In this document: positions 61,726 through 64,000 of the stretch, piece after piece
Position numbering within the stretch: the stretch's first letter is position 1
How the letters are laid out: every line of letters starts with the position of its first letter
From: Thalia democratica
Taxonomy: Eukaryota
NCBI GenBank assembly: GCA_965202585.1
Contig: OZ241830.1
Span: forward strand, 434,001 to 498,000
Length of the DNA stretch: 64,000 nucleotides
Direction: 5' to 3'
Position numbers and translations under genes: made by a program
The notes under the pieces: model-generated
Told to the model about the DNA's origin: nothing
Database searches by the model: none
Seen by the model: only the letters and a program-made list of their open reading frames with translations

Positions 61726-64000
61726 CTGCATTAAATCATCTTTATGTTAATTGTTTTAATAAACAGAATTTTAACATTTTTATGCGATCGTTCTGGGTTG
61801 TAATTACTAAGAAATAATAATTAACTTCAGTATTAATCTTATTGAAAAGATAAGTAAAATTTTTAAACAAAGCTTACGAAAAATCAGCAAAGCTACTTTT
61901 AAGTATGAGACAAATAAGGTGGAAAATTAAATCTTTTTTTTTTAATATAATCGTGAACAGTAAGTATCTTGTTATAAACTATTGGTGTAATTATAAGAGC
62001 AAATGTTTTTAGTGCAGTTACTGCATTTTCTATATATTTCGGTTTAAATACATGCAAACTTAAAACAAATTTAAATACATTTATGTAAAAAACATCAACA
62101 TAAAAAGTTGAATTAGCATATATAATTTAATTAAAGATAATAAAACGCTCAAAATATTTGTTTCTAGGACCTGGTGAGCAAAAAAAAAAACTTTTAGCTA
62201 TCGATTCGCACATCACGGATACTTTTTAATGTCTTATCTTGATAAGATAACTAAGTAAAAAAAAGAAAGACCTATCGTTTTTAAGTTGCTTAAATGCTGA
62301 CTTTCTTAGAAAAATTATTTAGTACGACTTTATAAAACACAACACTTCAAATATTTTTGACTATAAACATTTTATAGCCTAATAAGTATGATTGAAATTT
62401 TTAAAAGTTAACTTAGTGTTATTGTCTAGGTCAGTGAATGTAAAATGTTCACCCTCCATTAAATGATATAATAGTAAATACAAAAAAGTGCCCTGAACCT
62501 ATAAATCATCTTTAGTTTTTAAAATACACTTTTAAGTTATTTACATAGTTACTATGTAGTACATCATAAACATAAAGTTAGATTTTAATATTTTGTTTTC
62601 TATGTTAGTTCTAAAATTATCTGTGTTAGCAAAGTAAGAGTGTTATTTTATTTTCAAGTCTAAATTATTTCAGTATTTTTTTGTTAAAATGGTTGTATAT
62701 ATTTTTTATTATAAACCAAAAGCTACTTCAATCTTAATGATAATTTTTAAGAATTGCTAAAATAAAATAAACTTCTTATTTAAAACTCATAAGTTTTAAT
62801 TTAAAACACTTTTAGTATTTAAGTTCACCTACAAACTTTTATCTTACATCTAATTGTTGAAAAATATATTTCCATAAAATTCTGTATTAATTTGTTGGGT
62901 TGAGAGTAGTTTCAGATGTCAGGATTTATTAATTTAAAAAAAGGTCACAAACAAATTTTACAGAAAAATCGTTAATTAAATGCAGTATATAATTTGAAAA
63001 ATCTATATAGTATTTTATATAAAGTTTATTGAAAAAGAGGAATCAAAAAGTTCAGTTCTAAGACCTGGCGCACGAAGAATCATTTGGTTATTGAGTCGCA
63101 CACCACGGATACATTTTAACGATTTGTCCAGGATTTGAATTGTAGGTTAATGTATCTAAAACTATGCACACCAATAACTCGCTTTTAGTTTTTAACAAAC
63201 AAGAGAGCCAAATATAATTCTAGATTAAAAAAAGCTTAAATTGCAAGAATTATTACTTTCAAAGTAATTAAACCATGTCTAAAAAAGTAAACTACTCCTT
63301 CCTAACAAACATTTTACGCTTAATATTACTTTAATTGAGATAGCAAAAAAATTCAACCAAGCTATAACATACAGTTATAAAAAATTACTACTAAAATGTC
63401 ATTAACCGAAGATTAGTAGGCCTACAATTTGGGTTAAGAAAGTTAATTTTAGGTCATATGGGTATATGTTACTGATTACTTTGGTGTTACAGCTGCGTAC
63501 CAAGCAGCATCGCAAAAATAAAAAATGTTAACATCAAGCAAAGTTCTTTTACTCCTAACTAGAAAATTAATATTTTTTGTCATTTTATTTGATTTGCAAC
63601 GAACAAAACTTAAACTGAGCTCTACTGTATAATTTTCAGGGGCAACAGACGCACCCTATAAAGTACAAAAACTAGTAAATATTCACTTATAGCTACTAGG
63701 GTTTGTTTAACATTTTGTGTACAATGAGTTTTTAAAAAAATAATAATGGATTGAATTTAAAACCCTATATATTCTTATGTACAACTGATCTGACTGATTG
63801 AAATAATTAAATTTAAAGTTTGCAGTTCAATATTGTGACACCTACAAAACTTGATTCAGATTATAAACAATTCTGTATTATTGAAGACTTCAAAGTCAAT
63901 TTAAGATCCTTTTTATATCGTAATCTTTGCAATTATACCTACATTAACATTGTCTGTTATATTCAAGTTAATGTTTTTATTTTTGAAATATGGTTATCAA

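Overview
AT-rich, intron-dense animal DNA. An ascidian/tunicate origin is inferred from the extreme TGACGTCA enrichment, the patchy CpG depletion and the gene content; it is not proven. Four protein-coding genes could be assembled by hand from GT-AG exons. (A) A giant secreted mosaic gene on the minus strand: ATG at 50846, 52 coding exons and about 3300 aa inside the window, continuing past position 1. Its order is signal peptide, SUEL lectin, WxxW, 2 Sushi, CUB, VWD-C8-TIL-TILa, VWD(GDPH)-C8-TIL-TILa-like, EGF_CA, EGF, then at least 27 tandem single-exon Sushi/CCP modules. (B) Head-to-head with A, a plus-strand gene with 11 coding exons (54666-61271) encoding a 285-aa secreted, Cys-free, Tyr/Gly/Thr/Pro/Lys repeat protein. 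It resembles DOPA-type marine adhesive proteins in composition. (C) and (D) Two antisense genes nested in introns of A: a 3-exon 317-aa signal-peptide protein (4288-5618) and a single-coding-exon 830-aa protein with PLDLS motifs (28198-30690). Non-coding elements include a degenerate minimal type I hammerhead ribozyme inside a structured ~220-nt intronic element (41.78-42.00 kb), a hAT-type MITE, a foldback element, a minisatellite that copies a splice donor, and exon-block duplications. All domain calls come from motif recognition by eye; no database searches were run.
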